DNA from: Takakia lepidozioides
Taxonomy: Eukaryota; Plantae; Bryophyta
Reading direction: 5' to 3'
Assembly (NCBI GenBank): GCA_030704615.1
Contig: CM060731.1
Coordinates: 39,060,001-39,124,000, forward strand
DNA: 64,000 nt
The translations under genes were made by a program, and so were the position numbers. This document shows, one piece after another, positions 1 through 13,203 of this stretch. The notes under the pieces are model-generated. The model saw only the letters and a list, made by a program, of their open reading frames with translations. It did not search any database and had not been told where the DNA came from. Each line of letters begins with the position of its first letter. The stretch's first letter is position 1.

Positions 1-1318
1 TTGAAGCTCATGATTGATGTACTCAAATGCAGCTGGAAGCAACAAAAACACAGTACATGCACACGATTTCCAGTATCGACCATGTACTTACCTAAACTCC
101 AAATTCAGAAGCCGGCCATTCAAAACTGATTGTTGCTGCGATTGAATGCCCCCTCCCAAATCCCTAGCAGATCGCGCCCCTGAATCCACCAAATCTGCCG
201 CTGATTGCATTCCTAAACCCACCATATCTGCCGCCTTAGCCCATGCTAACCAGGAACGACAACGGGAGGAGACGGTTGGTATCAACAATGAGTAGAAACG
301 GCAAACCCTAACCCCAACCGGGTAGGGTTTATGAGGAAAAACCACCTTACGAAGACCTGGCAGGTCTGTTACAGGTGAAATTTTCCTACAACCTATAACT
401 GTCATGTAGGGTACCTGATAACCGGGTTGATGACCGGGTCAACCCTCTATACCAGTCCAACACTGGTATATACACGTTTGAGGTTAGATATTAATGGCGT
501 TTCATATTGCATCATCCATGTCTAATGGTGGTTGGTAATGATACATGCTTGATATATAACACATCAATATTTGAGCAATGTAGTTTGTTTGTTTACATTA
601 ACAGGGGATAGAGGCCCTGAAGAACCTTTATTTGGGGAAATAATTTAAAGCCCCATGCCCAACATAAAAGGCACACACACCAATGTCAGTGAAAGAGAAA
701 ACAACAAAACAACCGGGAGCCGACTTCCAGATAACAGAAAAAATCCAAAGAACTCATCATGAAAGAGAAGTTCATAAAAGAGCAGCAAGCCCACACCGAG
801 TCAGTGAAGGCCTAAGAGCCGGGTTCCATGGGCACTCCCGATCGCCCCCCCAAGCAAGTGCCACCAGGAGAGAATCGCCCCTTAAAAATGAGAGGGGGTG
901 GTTCCATGGACACCTTTCCATCCACCCCTCTAGAAATCTTGGCACCAATTGTCATGTTGGCCAAGACACTCTGAATTACAATTAATATAAATTTTGGATG
1001 AAGATGTCAAAATCATCCCCTCTCCTAAAATCTAACTTATTGTGGATAGAAATCATAGGATTATGTAAGGCTGTGGCCCATGCTGTAGGAAAGGACAAAG
1101 GTGTCAGTTAGGGGCGCCCTCAAACTCGATCTCCCTTGTGGACGGAGTGTTTTTTGCACCCCTCGATTCCGTGGGGGCGCCCCTTAGGGAATCTCCTATT
1201 TCGATCAATAGCGCCTCGTTAATCCTGGGGCCGATTAGGGGGGGGGGGTGGTGGCGCTTTCAGCTGCCCTTGGAACCCTGCTCTAATCGAAGGACAGTAA
1301 CTATGAACTAAAAAGACT

Positions 1319-1528
1319 CTAATGATCAACAACAGTGGAGCCTTGGAGCCTTTTCACTTCTTGAATTCGACCTGAGTCGGGTCTCCAGGAGAATGCGAAG
1401 TACCATAAACTAGCTCCTAGTATGTGGTTGACAACCAAAGCCTGGCCTGTTATGGATAAGTGCTTAGACCTCCAAAACCCCAAGTTTGTCTTGAAATTTG
1501 TTTTATTTGTCATGTTGAGATCTCCCAA
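1319..1528 (-). mobile_element. L1-type LINE ORF2 fragment (region just downstream of the RT)
   Basis: The ORF reads WRSKHLSITGQALVVNHILGASLWY, resembling the plant L1 'W..k.LS..GR..Li..vL.s...Y' segment. Short and isolated. Confidence 0.55.
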
Positions 1529-2713
1529 ACTGCAAGGTCTCCACCCGGGTTTTTAGTACCGCTGGAAAGCCCTCAATGAATTTCCAAATTGCAAGGTCTC
1601 CACCCAAGGTTTCAATGTTCAGGGGAAGGCCCGGAGGGAGTTCGGATTTAAGGGCACTAGGCCAAGGGCGGTAGCCCGAGGCTGTGCCCGAAAATCCAGG
1701 AACCCCAGACCCGGGAGGCCTTCCCCTGCATAAAGCGCGTGAAGATTTCGTGTGCGTTCCGCACTCCGGTGTTTGATCAGGGAACATTCCATGGTGGGTA
1801 TTGCCCTCCCACGTTTCAGGGGGCATTCCACCGTTGCGTATTGCCCTCCCTTGTCAAATGGGCTATTCTGCTCTGGGAGGAGCAGATATTAACAAAGAGA
1901 AAAATCTCAGAGTGCTTTATGTAGCTGGACAGCCCTTGATGTAGGGGTGCATCAAGGTGGTTTTGAGACAGTTATTAAGGTTTTAGCAATTTCTATGCTC
2001 CAGATGACATGGGTGTTAGTATTGTGAAAATAGCGGTTCTTAATGTTGGATATCAAGAGAGATAGCCTTTGTTAATCCCATGGTTATTAAAGCCGTGAAT
2101 CCAAATGGGAAATTTACCTGGCATAAGCCGCGGGTGTACCACATACATCCAAACATCACAAACCACCACAAAATTATCATGTTATAGCTTTTTACAAAGT
2201 GTGAGGCAAGCCTCAAGCAGACAAGACTGACTGGTCTTGGCTACCTCTATAGAAGAGAATATCACTGAAAGGAGCACACCTACTCATGCTTTACCCCACT
2301 CAATCAGTAGAATGATGAACATTATCAAAATTTCAGCTTTGAATTACTAGAGACTTGGACACCAGAAATGCATCGCTCACATACAAAAGTCGCCTGACCA
2401 GCCGTTAATATGCTACATTCATATCTAAGCACTCTGGAGCTACACGGCAACCCACAAGCTCGTGTCTTGTTCACAACCCCATGACTCCACAAACTGCTGA
2501 GAAGGTGCCTGTATCTGAAGAGATTGTCTTAAACCGCTGCATTCGGGTGGAAGTTACTTGCAGTAGTCACGGATCCCTCCATCAAGAGCTTCTCTGATCA
2601 GTGGTTGCAAGAATGCACTCAAACCTCCAGACTTCAGCCAATATACATATACCATGGTTCTTCCTACCCACAGCCAAGTTACCTCGTGCTGAGGGTGGGG
2701 CGAACTTTCAAGT

Positions 2714-4553
2714 TTAGACTATGACCATCGACTCAGGATCGGCCCCGGCTTTCAGTTGGGTTCGGCCTGCATGCAAGAACCTCGCCACCGAGTTTTCGGT
2801 GAAGAAATTGGCTTCTCCTACGGACAAGGACTGTTTCGATGGAAATGTTTGAGAGGCTCCATTCAAAGATCCGGCTAGTAAAACCAGCTCAGACTGAAAC
2901 TCTGTTAGAGTCGCCTGCTCATTTGCTGGTGTATGTCGCAGTGACCAAGGAGGGGTTGGCAGGACAGCTGCAAGAAGCAAGAAGCAAATCCATTGGTAAG
3001 CTCCAGTCGCAAACAAAGGAGACTGTAAGAACTTCAAACAGCTACTCACGAGGAATAACCATAAGTGGGCGAAGAGCGAACCTGGAGCATCCGTCCTTGG
3101 AGTAGTGCGCGTAGACACAATACTCTCAAATGTTCCAGCCCACTCATCACGCGCTGTCAAAGGACCAAAGGGGAGGTTGAAGAGCTTTCTCACTGTGGCT
3201 GGAATGGAGGAGTGCTCATAATGCGAATAAGGAGCCATAGGGCCAGACGCTTCATGCACAACTGCCAAAAAACACACACCACTAAATTGTCAGGCTGTTA
3301 ATCTTCTTAATTCTTCCATGTATTCGACTTCTTACTTCTGGATGCATGGAAGAAAGTGCCCTTCATGTGTGTATGAGTGTGTGAGTGAGTGAGTGAGTGT
3401 GTGTGTGTGTGTGAGAGAGAGAGACGGGTGGGGAGGGAGGCAGGCCTGTACAAAGGGACACTACGCACATACCAGTGCCTTTCTCAATCCAGGGAGACAC
3501 AGCGATTGTTGGAACTCGAACTCCCAGCCTTTTGAAGTCAAAGTTGTAAGGAGCGGGCCCAATGATACCATCAGGATTAGGGACCCCCGACACAGGGGTA
3601 GGCACATGGTCATAAAATCCACCGTGCTCATCGTAGGTGATCAGAAACAGCATCTGGTTCCACTGAGGACTAGCCCTCAGGGTCTCATAAACCTCTTTGA
3701 TCAGCAGCTGCCCTTGAGCGATATCATGGGACGGGTGATCGTCATTAGCAGGGGCACCGGCCATGTCAAAGTAGCGCGGCTCAAGAACAACGTAATTCGG
3801 GAGAGTGCCTGCCGCTGCATCAGCCTTGAAGTGAAGACCATACTCCTTGAAGTTGTTGGAGTACTTGATCTTTCGCATGTTAATGAAGAAGAGGGTAGAC
3901 GGGACACCTTGGTAGTATACGCCGAATGTGAGTCCTGCGTCGTCAACTGCCTCCATGATGGTTCTTTGTGGAACACCGGCAGCTAGCTGCTGTTGGTCGT
4001 TGCTCATCATTCCATGAGAGGTGGCTGAGTGCACGTAGAAGCGGTTAGGCTGTGTGGAAGCAGGCACAGATGAGAACCACTTGTCGAAAAGTGCGAAATT
4101 CATAGCCAGGGATGTGTGAACAGGGATCACTTCAGGCCTGAAGGCACTCATCACAGTTTTGGAAAAGCCGGGCATCATGCTCTCTGCCTGCGAAGCAAAT
4201 CCATCCATGGGAGGAGGGTCTGCAAATGTAAAGTTTGAGCCAAATATCTGCTGTGTCACCGCCTCGTACGAGTGGCCTGGGTCAGGGTCCACGAACTCTG
4301 CTATGTCAGAGATGAAGACAGGGGATGCATTAGACCCTCCTGTCGTGATAGGATTGAATTCATTACCACTCAGGCCATCCACCTCTGGATTGAGTTTCTT
4401 CAGAAATCCTAGCATGTGATCAAAAGAGCGATTCTCCATGACAAGTATCACGATAGTTTTAATAGGGCCTGTGATAGTCGTCTGACTGCTGATCGGCAAT
4501 GCATAACACAGTAGGAGGTGGAGGAGAAGAGCGACCAGGTGCACTCGCCCCAT
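2714..4553 (-). CDS. NPC: Non-specific phospholipase C (phosphoesterase family); 3 exons: 4553-3473, 3261-3082, 2967-2714
   Basis: Motifs ENRSFDHMLG, DPGHS, VPASTQPNR, DDHPSHD, YDEHGGFYDHV, RLGVRVP and YEHSSIPAT are present, with an N-terminal hydrophobic signal peptide. GT/AG borders join in phase (KGT-G|TT V, DAP-G|CT A). The start could be slightly upstream. Confidence 0.93.
3366..3424. repeat. (TG)n/(GAGT)n/(GA)n compound microsatellite in NPC intron 1
   Basis: Directly visible: tgtgtgtatgagtgtgtgagtgagtgagtgagtgtgtg...gagagaga. Confidence 0.9.
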
Positions 4554-7499
4554 TGTAGACCGCCCGGAATGCATGGCCCAGCAAGTCTTGACCACCAGAA
4601 CCCGGAACTGTGAAATGAGCAAAACGGTTTTGAAGTTTGTCAATACAACAAACATGCGGTCTTAAATATGAGACTAATCCCTCTCAACTCCGAAATGTAG
4701 ACTACTTAACAACTCGGCGAACAAGAGGTAGAGTACGAGGTACTTCAAATCAAACCAATGTGAAAGGATGTGATAGTGCGATGATGTAATGTGTTTAGAT
4801 ACTGGTCGAAGCTTCGGTGGCTTAAGTAGGAAAGAGTCTGCACTCCTAGAGGCACGAAATGACACTCTTAGTGGTGAACAATGCAGTGAGTCCACACATT
4901 ATGGGAGAACTACAGGTCTCGCAGAAGTCCTCAACGCTCAATAAGGATCCACAGGTCCTCTCTGAACCCAGCTCAGAGTCGGCAGTGTGAAGAATCTAGC
5001 GGAAGAGGCACTTGCAGGAATAATATGTTAAATACGTAGAGAGCCTCGACAAACACCTACAGATGCATGCTTGCCTCAGACCATCTATCAGCGCTGAAGT
5101 TCAAACGTTTAAACTGACCCTCATTTTGCAATGCAGAAGAACCAGAATTGCAACTAAATCAGCTCTGAAGTCACTTGGCGATGCAGGAACAAGGCGGACG
5201 ATAATACTGGAACGGAAAACTTGTGTCACATGATAACAGGCTTACCCGAACAACCGATGTGAGCTCCTCTATCACGGGTGGAACTTTGTAAGATCCCAGG
5301 GTTGCTAGAAGAACCACGAGCAGTCACAGGACTGTTCAAAGCTCCGACCAGCTGCACCACATGGTTCTGTTCTTTGACGATTCTCCCTCTCTCTCCCCGA
5401 AGTCACGAAGATCTTGTAAACCACGGAGGGAGGAGGGTCAGAGCAAATATCCAATTTCAGGCCTGCAAGGCGAGCTACAGTAAACACTTGGATACACTGG
5501 AAGAGCCTCGGAAGGCTGCTACAGGGACTGTGGAAAGCTGACGGGAGAGTGAAAGCTGCCATCGTAATTTGGGGGAGCCTTAAAGCCATCTCATCAGCAC
5601 AAGGGACTATAGAGGTTCTTTTGGCATTCTGGACTCTGTATGCGTAGATTATCTGACATGATGCTCGGTTTTGCACCATTTATTCCTTGCTCGCCATCTA
5701 CCAACCCCCCTGGGTTGGTACAGGAACCCACCTCCTTAAGGCTTGACAGCAAGACTCGAGCCATAACTCCAAGCATCGCATTAGTGATGGCCCTAACTCC
5801 TCTGACGTGGGACAGTCTGCCCTCCCTACATATTTAGCTCACGATGGGTCTTTATATTTAGATAGGGTTACCAGCTATAGAGGTAAGTTTAGTTCCTGAA
5901 GAAAGAGATTCAACTTTATCTACATACCGTATCAGGGATTCCATTTCAGAGCGTTATTTGTCTATGTATCTGTTCCAAGACTGAATCTTCGTCCCCATTT
6001 GTTGCAGTGATCACTTGACAAGTTCAGACTTCAGACTCTCACTCTCGTTGCCCAACAATCACATAGGGAAGCTGTCACTTCAAAGTTCAATAGCCTAGGT
6101 ACATGTGGATTCCACAAGTACAGTGGCTTTCGAGCTCAGTTCTAGAATTCCATGGTATTTTGAATTGCGAGGTGCATAGTACATGAGCCGCCAAACAAGC
6201 CTGATATCCCCTCATAAGATGTTCCCAAAGAATAAAATACCAATCTTGAAACCTATCCAATTTGTCGAGTCCTGTACGCTGTCACCCTCGGCTCTCAAAG
6301 AAGTACATAGCTGACAATGGTTTGTCAGGCCAAAAGTAATTTGGATGTTGGGAGTCTTAGCATTAACTCTTCACACGCAAAACTGCATTGATGACTGTAG
6401 AAAAGATCAAGCAGAAGTTAGTATGCACTGGGTACGAAAATTCAAAGCAGAGGCCCTGTGGTCCTGATTTGGCAACGTCGGGCATAAGATAACCAATATT
6501 TAAGTGAATCGAGTAGATCGAAGTGTAAGGGTCAACCGTGGAAGGTGACGTCCTCTTGACTGCATTCATGGCATCACTTGCTGGATGGCTTCGGCAGCTG
6601 TTCTTGTCCAGAGTCATTCATAACATCAACCCACTGCTTTTCGGAACGTGAGCTACTTTTTCCCCTGAAAACTAGATAGGTATGGGCGTCTAGGAACTCC
6701 TCTGCAAACAAGATCTTCTCCTTCGCTTCCAAACTCCATGCAAAGCCTTTTCCCCTCCAAGACTCTGGGGCTGGCCAAGGGAGATATACATAAGGTTTGA
6801 TTACCACAGCATCAATTTTTGCACAAATGTTAATGTTAATGGCAATGGAGGTCCCCCCACCCCCACCCATCAAGAGAGCTATGCTGGCAACTTTTTTGAA
6901 ATGCATGTAACTCATAAAATACATGGAGTTTTGGATACAAATTGCAATGGATGAAAGCCCTGGTTGCCACCTAAGTTTTCCTTCATTTATTTATAAAAAT
7001 AACAGGGGGATTGTAGCCCTGAAAATTTTATTGAAAAAAACAACCTTACAGGGAGCCATAAGGCAGATTACAGAGGTACCACTCAGAGCCAACATAGCAG
7101 AAAACAGGGGAAGAGGAATCAAGACTAGGAAGGAATTATCAATTCCTTGCTAAGTCGAAAACAGGGGGAAGTGAGGATTTAGAAGAGAGCTGATATGTCC
7201 AAACCAAACTGTCAATTCTATCTTGCAAGAAAAATGAGAGCAGGACCAAGGCTGCCATGAACAGCCTACATACTACCCCGTTTCCTTTTAGGACCCTCAT
7301 AAGTAAGCTGAGCTTTTGATTTTGCCTTCCTAGGGCAACTCCGCTTGTGTCTCCATTTTATTTCCGCATCTTCATTCTCCAGTGGAATATGTTTAGTGCT
7401 AGTTGAGCTGCCAATAGGCAAGGGGGGGGTGTCTTCCCACACAATCATCGTGTCTTCAATCCTCCTGCAGAAAACGAAGTCTTTCCCCGAAGAATTGTC

Positions 7500-9102
7500 G
7501 AACTTGTCAAAGAATTGGGGTCTTCAATTACTGTGACACCTGGAAAGAGCTGCAAGCAAGACAGACCAAGCTTTGCGAGCCTCAGGCCTAAGGTCTGAGT
7601 GAGCCAGATAAAGAACTTTCAGCATGCACGGCCTCTCTTTCTGATACACCACACAACACCTCGTTTTCCAAAGTTGCCAAAGGATAAACCCTTTGAGAGA
7701 CTCCCACTCTGGACAAGAACAGTGCATTCTCCCATTCTTTACATTGAGTAACAAGACAGAGGGAGAGGAATCCAAGTCAGAAGACTAGAAGGAGTATAGA
7801 CGAAGGGCCTTGTCCCAAACATATTCCATGTCTTCATCAGCAGCCAGGTTGCAAGAGACACATTGCGAGGGTGAATTTTCAAAATTGGCTGCCACTGGTA
7901 AAATTCTATTAACCATCTGTGTTTTTTCAAGGTGTCTCCCCAAACCAACTTCCACGGCACCACATGACTAGGCAGATGTTGCCATTTTTTAGACCATTTA
8001 CGGTCAAAACCTCTTTTGGGCATCAACAGCTTGTACCCCATCTTAACCGAATATTTAAAGAATGGGTCGTGTCCCTTATTCATCCATACCCACTCCCCTA
8101 GGTCAAACTGGAGCAGCTTAAGAGGGGCAGATAAAAACCAGCAAAAATTCTTACCATATTGTTCCAGATCCATCGGGAGCAATGGGTTGGGATTGCCTGA
8201 AATCTTACAGTAAACCCTTATTTCAAAGGAGTTGCAGCCTTCAAGAATACTCACTGACTTAGGATAGAGGAGGTTACCATCATTACTAACCTCAAAACCA
8301 ATACCATGTATACCAGAGTTATCCTTTGCAATTGCATAGATGGCCCTAGGTTTGGAGTCCACATAATACCCTAACCAGCCGGGAAGAGGCTGCAAGTGAG
8401 ATTCAGCACGTAGTCTTGTCCAATTGTCAGGGAGATCTCCCATAACTGCATTCCAGCCAGCATCAACCCTTTGCGTCGCTAGCTGCTGTGCTGCAAATTC
8501 AGGAGAGATAAGAGACAAAAAGATGTCATCCCAGAAATGCAGGATGTGGATCAAACTTGCAGCTTCCCATTCCGCCCACCGCTTCGAACAAGGAATCAGA
8601 ACCTCTTTATCTCAGTTGCAATTCCCAAAGAGAGGTTGTCTCAAAACCTGGCTGAAGGAGGAGGGACTTAGCTGAACCAGGAAGGGACGCAATTTGCACC
8701 ATGCCATCCAGATTGACTGCCACGCCCTTGAACCCAACCCCGGGTTTTCATTGAGCTTCCCACCTTGCATGATCCACCTCAATGAATGAGCCCATTTATC
8801 ACTAGAACGAGGTATCGCAGCCAGAAAATTCTGTCTAACCAATCGACTCTAAGGGCTGGAAGGTGTGTAAGAGCACGGGGAACCCACTTTGTAAGTAACT
8901 TGGCTGTGATTTGCGTTTGGGGATCCAGCACCCCCAGTCCCCCATTTTTTTTTTTTTTTTGTGTCAGCTGGTCCCAGCTTACCAAAGCTCTTTTGGAGGA
9001 GGTTGAGGGAGTAGCACCCCAAATAAAATTTCTTATGAGGGACTTCATTTTTTTAACAATGAGAGCTCCTGGTAGGATAAGTGCTTCATGGGATAGATGC
9101 AT
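7500..9102 (-). mobile_element. Decayed L1-type LINE, ORF2 C-terminal half
   Basis: Frameshifted ORFs give IRNFIWG...ALVSWDQLTQKK.NGGLG.LD (post-RT motif), YSVKMGY..L (zf-RVT-like region) and ILWQLWKTR. Confidence 0.75.
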
Positions 9103-9399
9103 GGTAATATTGCAATACTACCCCAATGTGCTTTCGGAAATCTCAGACCGGAGTAGTTAAGTGTGCTCGCATTTCTGGGTACACCTTCCATCTAGGACTT
9201 GTATACATATCACTCTGGCTGGCCTTATAAGAATCCATCTCCTTTTGAAACCTCGTTTCCTGGTCATTTAGTTCTTTTTGGCACCGGCCCTCTTCATCCT
9301 TAAGTTCTTTCTGGCGCTTTCTATTGTACATTTGCTCTTGAGCCTTCAATAGATCCTCCACCTTCTTGCCTTGAGCTTGTCGTGCGCATACATATCGCT

Positions 9400-9565
9400 A
9401 CACAACTACATCGCTGTCCAAAACCACACAACACATGTGCACACCACACACTAGTATACCACTAGTCCACCACTAGTCCAGCCACTAGTCCAACCACTAG
9501 GCTACAACTAGTCAGTCACTAGGCTGCCACTATGCTACCCACTATGGCAGTCACTAGTCCACACA
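9400..9565 (-). repeat. Probable 3' LTR start (truncated), rich in ACTAGT/CACTAG short repeats
   Basis: The minus strand reads AGCTAGGGGGGCGAT then TGTGTGGACTAGTG..., i.e. a purine tract followed by TG, ~260 bp after the pol stop. The distal end is not defined. Confidence 0.5.
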
Positions 9566-9566
9566 A

Positions 9567-9580
9567 TCGCCCCCCTAGCT
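9567..9580 (-). other. Polypurine tract (PPT) candidate
   Basis: + strand tcgccccccTAGCT = minus AGCTAGGGGGGCGA, immediately before the TG. Confidence 0.55.
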
Positions 9581-9825
9581 GGTGCTTAGGTCCCTCTAAG
9601 TCCAGGTAGCCACAAGATGTGATAGTGACCATAGCCTCACTAAGTCCTCCACCACTATCCCTACTACACTCAAACTCGATAGATCAAGAGGCCGGGTGCA
9701 AGAGTTGCCCCATCGTTAGTCGCCGTCTTGCAACCTGTGAATTTGAGCTTGGGATCTCATGTATTGACTCCTATGAGCTTGGCCTCCCATGTCTTGTTAG
9801 CTGCCTCCAGTCATGTCCACTGCCA

Positions 9826-9975
9826 CTATCCCAAGCAGTGTGGACACAACCAATCTCCGTCAGGAACCTTCTCAAGAGGTGGTGTCAAGCATCCCATATG
9901 CCAACCCCTTGAGCATCAATCACACACCAGCATGGTGGCTGCCCCTTTGGCAGACCCACAGAGCATGCACCTCAA
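9826..9975 (-). pseudogene. PHD finger (C4HC3) at the pol C-terminus
   Basis: Reading through the TGA at 9916-9918 gives CMLCGSAKGAATMLVCD*CSRGWHMGCLTPPLEKVPDGDWLCPHCLG-stop, a canonical PHD with all 8 Zn ligands. Confidence 0.92.
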
Positions 9976-11090
9976 ACCTGCAGGTACCACTGCCAAGTTT
10001 GGGTCAACTCTGCCATCGACATTGGGAAGGTGACATGGCGCACAATTACGCACATGGTCCTTCCAAGTCATGCCATCCCGACCCTCCAAGATCAGGACCC
10101 CTGAGGGCAACACCTCTCGAACCCTCAGAATAACCCGCCCTGCAGTAACATCCAAAGTCGTAGGAGCAGTCTGCTGCAAATAAACATAGTCACCAGGGCT
10201 AAACCTCCGAACCCCAGGACGATATCCTCCACCACGTATAGTGGCATACCTCAACGTATCACGGTGCTGTGCAATGGCAAGGTTCTCAAAAGCCATGGGC
10301 ATGACTTTCTTGAACAATTCTGCACGCTGATCACATGCACGTACCTACACGTCCGGATCGTCAAGGTTAAGGACTTGAGCAGTGTCCCTACGAATGGCTG
10401 CAGGCAAATCCGGCTCTCGGCCAAAGAGAAGGAAATATGGTGAGAAGGAGGCAAGTGATGCTTGTTTGCTGAACCTGTAGCCCATGGCTAACCAAGGACC
10501 TGAAGATCCCAATCTCCTAGGTGTCCCTTCTGCAAGCCATACTTGCGCAAACCCCTCTTTACCGTCTGAACAACTCTCTCTGCCAAGCCATCGGCCTCAG
10601 GATGATCCTGAGAAGTGGTGCGGTGGTCTATCAAGGCTTTATCATACAAAGCCTGAAACTCCCCCAAGAACTCTCTCCCTTGGTCCGTGAGTACCTCAGC
10701 TGGAGCACCAAATCGGCTAAGCACACGATCCAAGAATGCATACGCAGCCCCCTCACTAGCCTTGTCAGGCAATGGAACCAACTCAATCCACTTGGAGAAG
10801 TGCTCCACCATCACCAACACATATCTGTGGTGGCGCATAGTCAGTGGCAACGGTCCTACGAAGTCAAGACTCCACCTGTAGCCCAATCCCATGATTGGTA
10901 AAGGATGCAACTGTGGTGTAGGGGCGTTGAATGAAGCACGCACCCTGTCACACACCATGCACCTAGCCACGAACTGTTGCACCTCTGTATGCATACCACG
11001 CCACCAATACTGCCCCTGCAGTAAACTGTGAGTGCGTCGCACTCCAAAATGCCCCAATTCCTCATGGGCATGCCGCACTAACCGTGCACG
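9976..11090 (-). pseudogene. Gypsy integrase (HHCC zinc finger, DDE core, C-terminal region)
   Basis: AHEELGHFG...CMVC; SLDFVGPL; LTDQGREF; HPEADGLAER; downstream FSPGDYVYL. Frameshifts near 10.3-10.5 kb. Confidence 0.93.
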
Positions 11091-11984
11091 CTATGTGGGG
11101 TGAGGCACAATCCTCACCCGACCATCCTCCCACACTCGAAGTAGGTGTATCCCCTCCCACTTGAACCTCTTGGCTCGTTGCAGGATCCGATCCCTCTCCC
11201 TGGCAGTCACAGTGGCTGCCGTGTCTCCCGTGCGGAGGTAGTCCAACACAGCCGAATCCTCATGTATATCTCTGGCACCACCTGGCTCATCACTAGCCTC
11301 AGGGTCCTCAGACACTCCGTCTACAGTCATCCCTGTAGTAGGTCCAACCTGACCTCTCGATGCCAAGATACACAAAAATGCAGATGCGTGCCATCTCGGC
11401 ACCATCTCCTCGTCCGTCTCACCATGCCACTGAGCTCCAGTGTCATCATGTTGGCTCGTGCATGGATTGCGACTCAATCCATCCGCATCCCGATTGACCA
11501 AACCCGGTCGATGCACAACCTGAAAGTCATACTCCTGGAGTATAAGTGCCCACCGTGCAAGCTTCCCCGTAAGCTTGTCTGACTCCATCAACCACTTGAG
11601 TGGCTGGTGATCCGTGACAAGGGTGAAAAGATTGCCGTATAGACAGCACCTGAAGTGTGTTACGGCCCACACTGCAGCTAAGCACTCTCCCTCATATGAG
11701 CTGTACTTAGCCTCTGCAGCGTTGTTCGAGCGGCTAGCGTAAGCCACTACGAACTCTCTTCCCTCATCATCCACCTGTGTGAGCACCGCTCCAAGCCCCA
11801 GCATGCTCCAATCCATATGCAGCTGAAAGAGGCGCCCCCTGATAGGTCGTCTCAAGATAGGCGCCGAGGTCAACCTCGCCTTGAGCTCTTGAAAAGCTCG
11901 TTCCTGCTCATCTTCCCACTGCCACTCCTGGTCCACCTTGGTAGCTTGGTTAGAGCATTGCAATGGTACTAAATCCCTTGACAA
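11091..11984 (-). pseudogene. Gypsy RT connection domain and RNase H
   Basis: W....ERAFQELKARLTSAPIL; LGAVLTQ; VAYASR; YSSYEGECLA; LVTDHQPLKWL; ARWALILQEYDF; NRDADGLSR. In frame with the integrase through a single TAG at 11091. Confidence 0.93.
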
Positions 11985-12690
11985 AACCGTCTATAATAGT
12001 TTGCCAACCCCATGAAAGCTCGAACTCGGCTCACATCCGTGGGGCGTGGAATTTGTGCAAGGCCTCTACCTTAGTCTGCTGTACCCCCAATCCTCCAGGA
12101 TATATCATGTGACCCAGATACTCAATCTGGTTGTGGAAAAACTTGCACTTCCCCGGATGCAACTTCAATCCGTGCGCTCTCAAGCGCTCCAATACCACCT
12201 AAAGGTGTCTCTCATGCTCCTCCATCGTAACACTAAAGATGATGATGTCATCTATGTAGCACCGAGCAAAGTCCACCCCTGCTAGAATCCTATCCATGAC
12301 TCTCTGAAACTCTGCAGGAGCATTCTTAAGCCCAAATGGTAAGAACCGCCACTGATATAGGCAACATTGATGAATCCTTGTAAATCCAAAGTGCTAAAGG
12401 CCTTAGCATGCCCGATGGCATCAAAGATCTCCTCTGGTGTTGGCATGGCATACTTATCGGACTTGGTCTGACGATTTACAGGCCGGTAATCACCGCACAT
12501 ACGTCTCTCCGTCCAATTGCCATAGACATCCTTCTTGGCTGGCATCAATGTGGCTGAAGCATACTCTCCACCAGAGAGCTCCACCAAACCTGCCTCCCAG
12601 AGATCTTGAGTCCTCATCTGAATCAAAGACCTCTCCATGTCACTGTATCTATAAGGTCTCCGAAAGATTGGCGTGTCAGTGGCCACTCAA
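11985..12690 (-). pseudogene. Gypsy reverse transcriptase
   Basis: PIFRRPYR, RMCGDYRPVN, FSTLDL, LPFGLKNAP (shifted frame) and YIDDII at ~12241-12258 (+ gatgatgtcatctatgta). Frameshifted. Confidence 0.93.
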
Positions 12691-13203
12691 TACGGATCTC
12701 TTGACCCTTCAGTGCTCCCAAGTCCTTCAAACTAAAGGCAAAGCAATTCCTGTAAGCCCTCAGGAACCGCCGTATACGTCGTCTCTCTCCTCCGGTGACA
12801 ATGGGTCCAATGTCAGGCTCCCAATTGTCCTCCGTAACTGCAACCTTAAGTCCAGTGGGCTTAGAGGTAGAGGACGCGTCCAGTGGTTGCTATGTTGCAA
12901 CCTCTTGAGCAGTACTCCCTACCTGCTCAGTCAATGACAAGGCCTCATCCTACCCCATCATCTCATCCTCGAGGACCTCCTCAACCCGAGAAGAATCCCC
13001 AACCTCATCCATCACAGCCGCCTTGGCTGCCAACTCCCTCTGAACCTCGAGCACCTCCCACGTGTGCCATGGATGCATGCACCCCGTGGTCCTCACATGC
13101 TCGCCCCCACTCACTGCCTGTACCGTCTCGGTAGGCAGAGAGACCATTGAGGGAAGTGTACTCCGCACTCTGCGTTGCTCAGCCAGAGCCAAGCTGATAA
13201 TCA

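Noticed and set aside
4674-7150. Short ORFs between NPC and the L1 fragment
   Set aside because: No recognisable motifs or consistent splice structure.
9143-9361. Charged coiled-coil-like ORF between the L1 fragment and the Gypsy 3' end
   Set aside because: Short and unassignable; probably a fragment of another decayed element.
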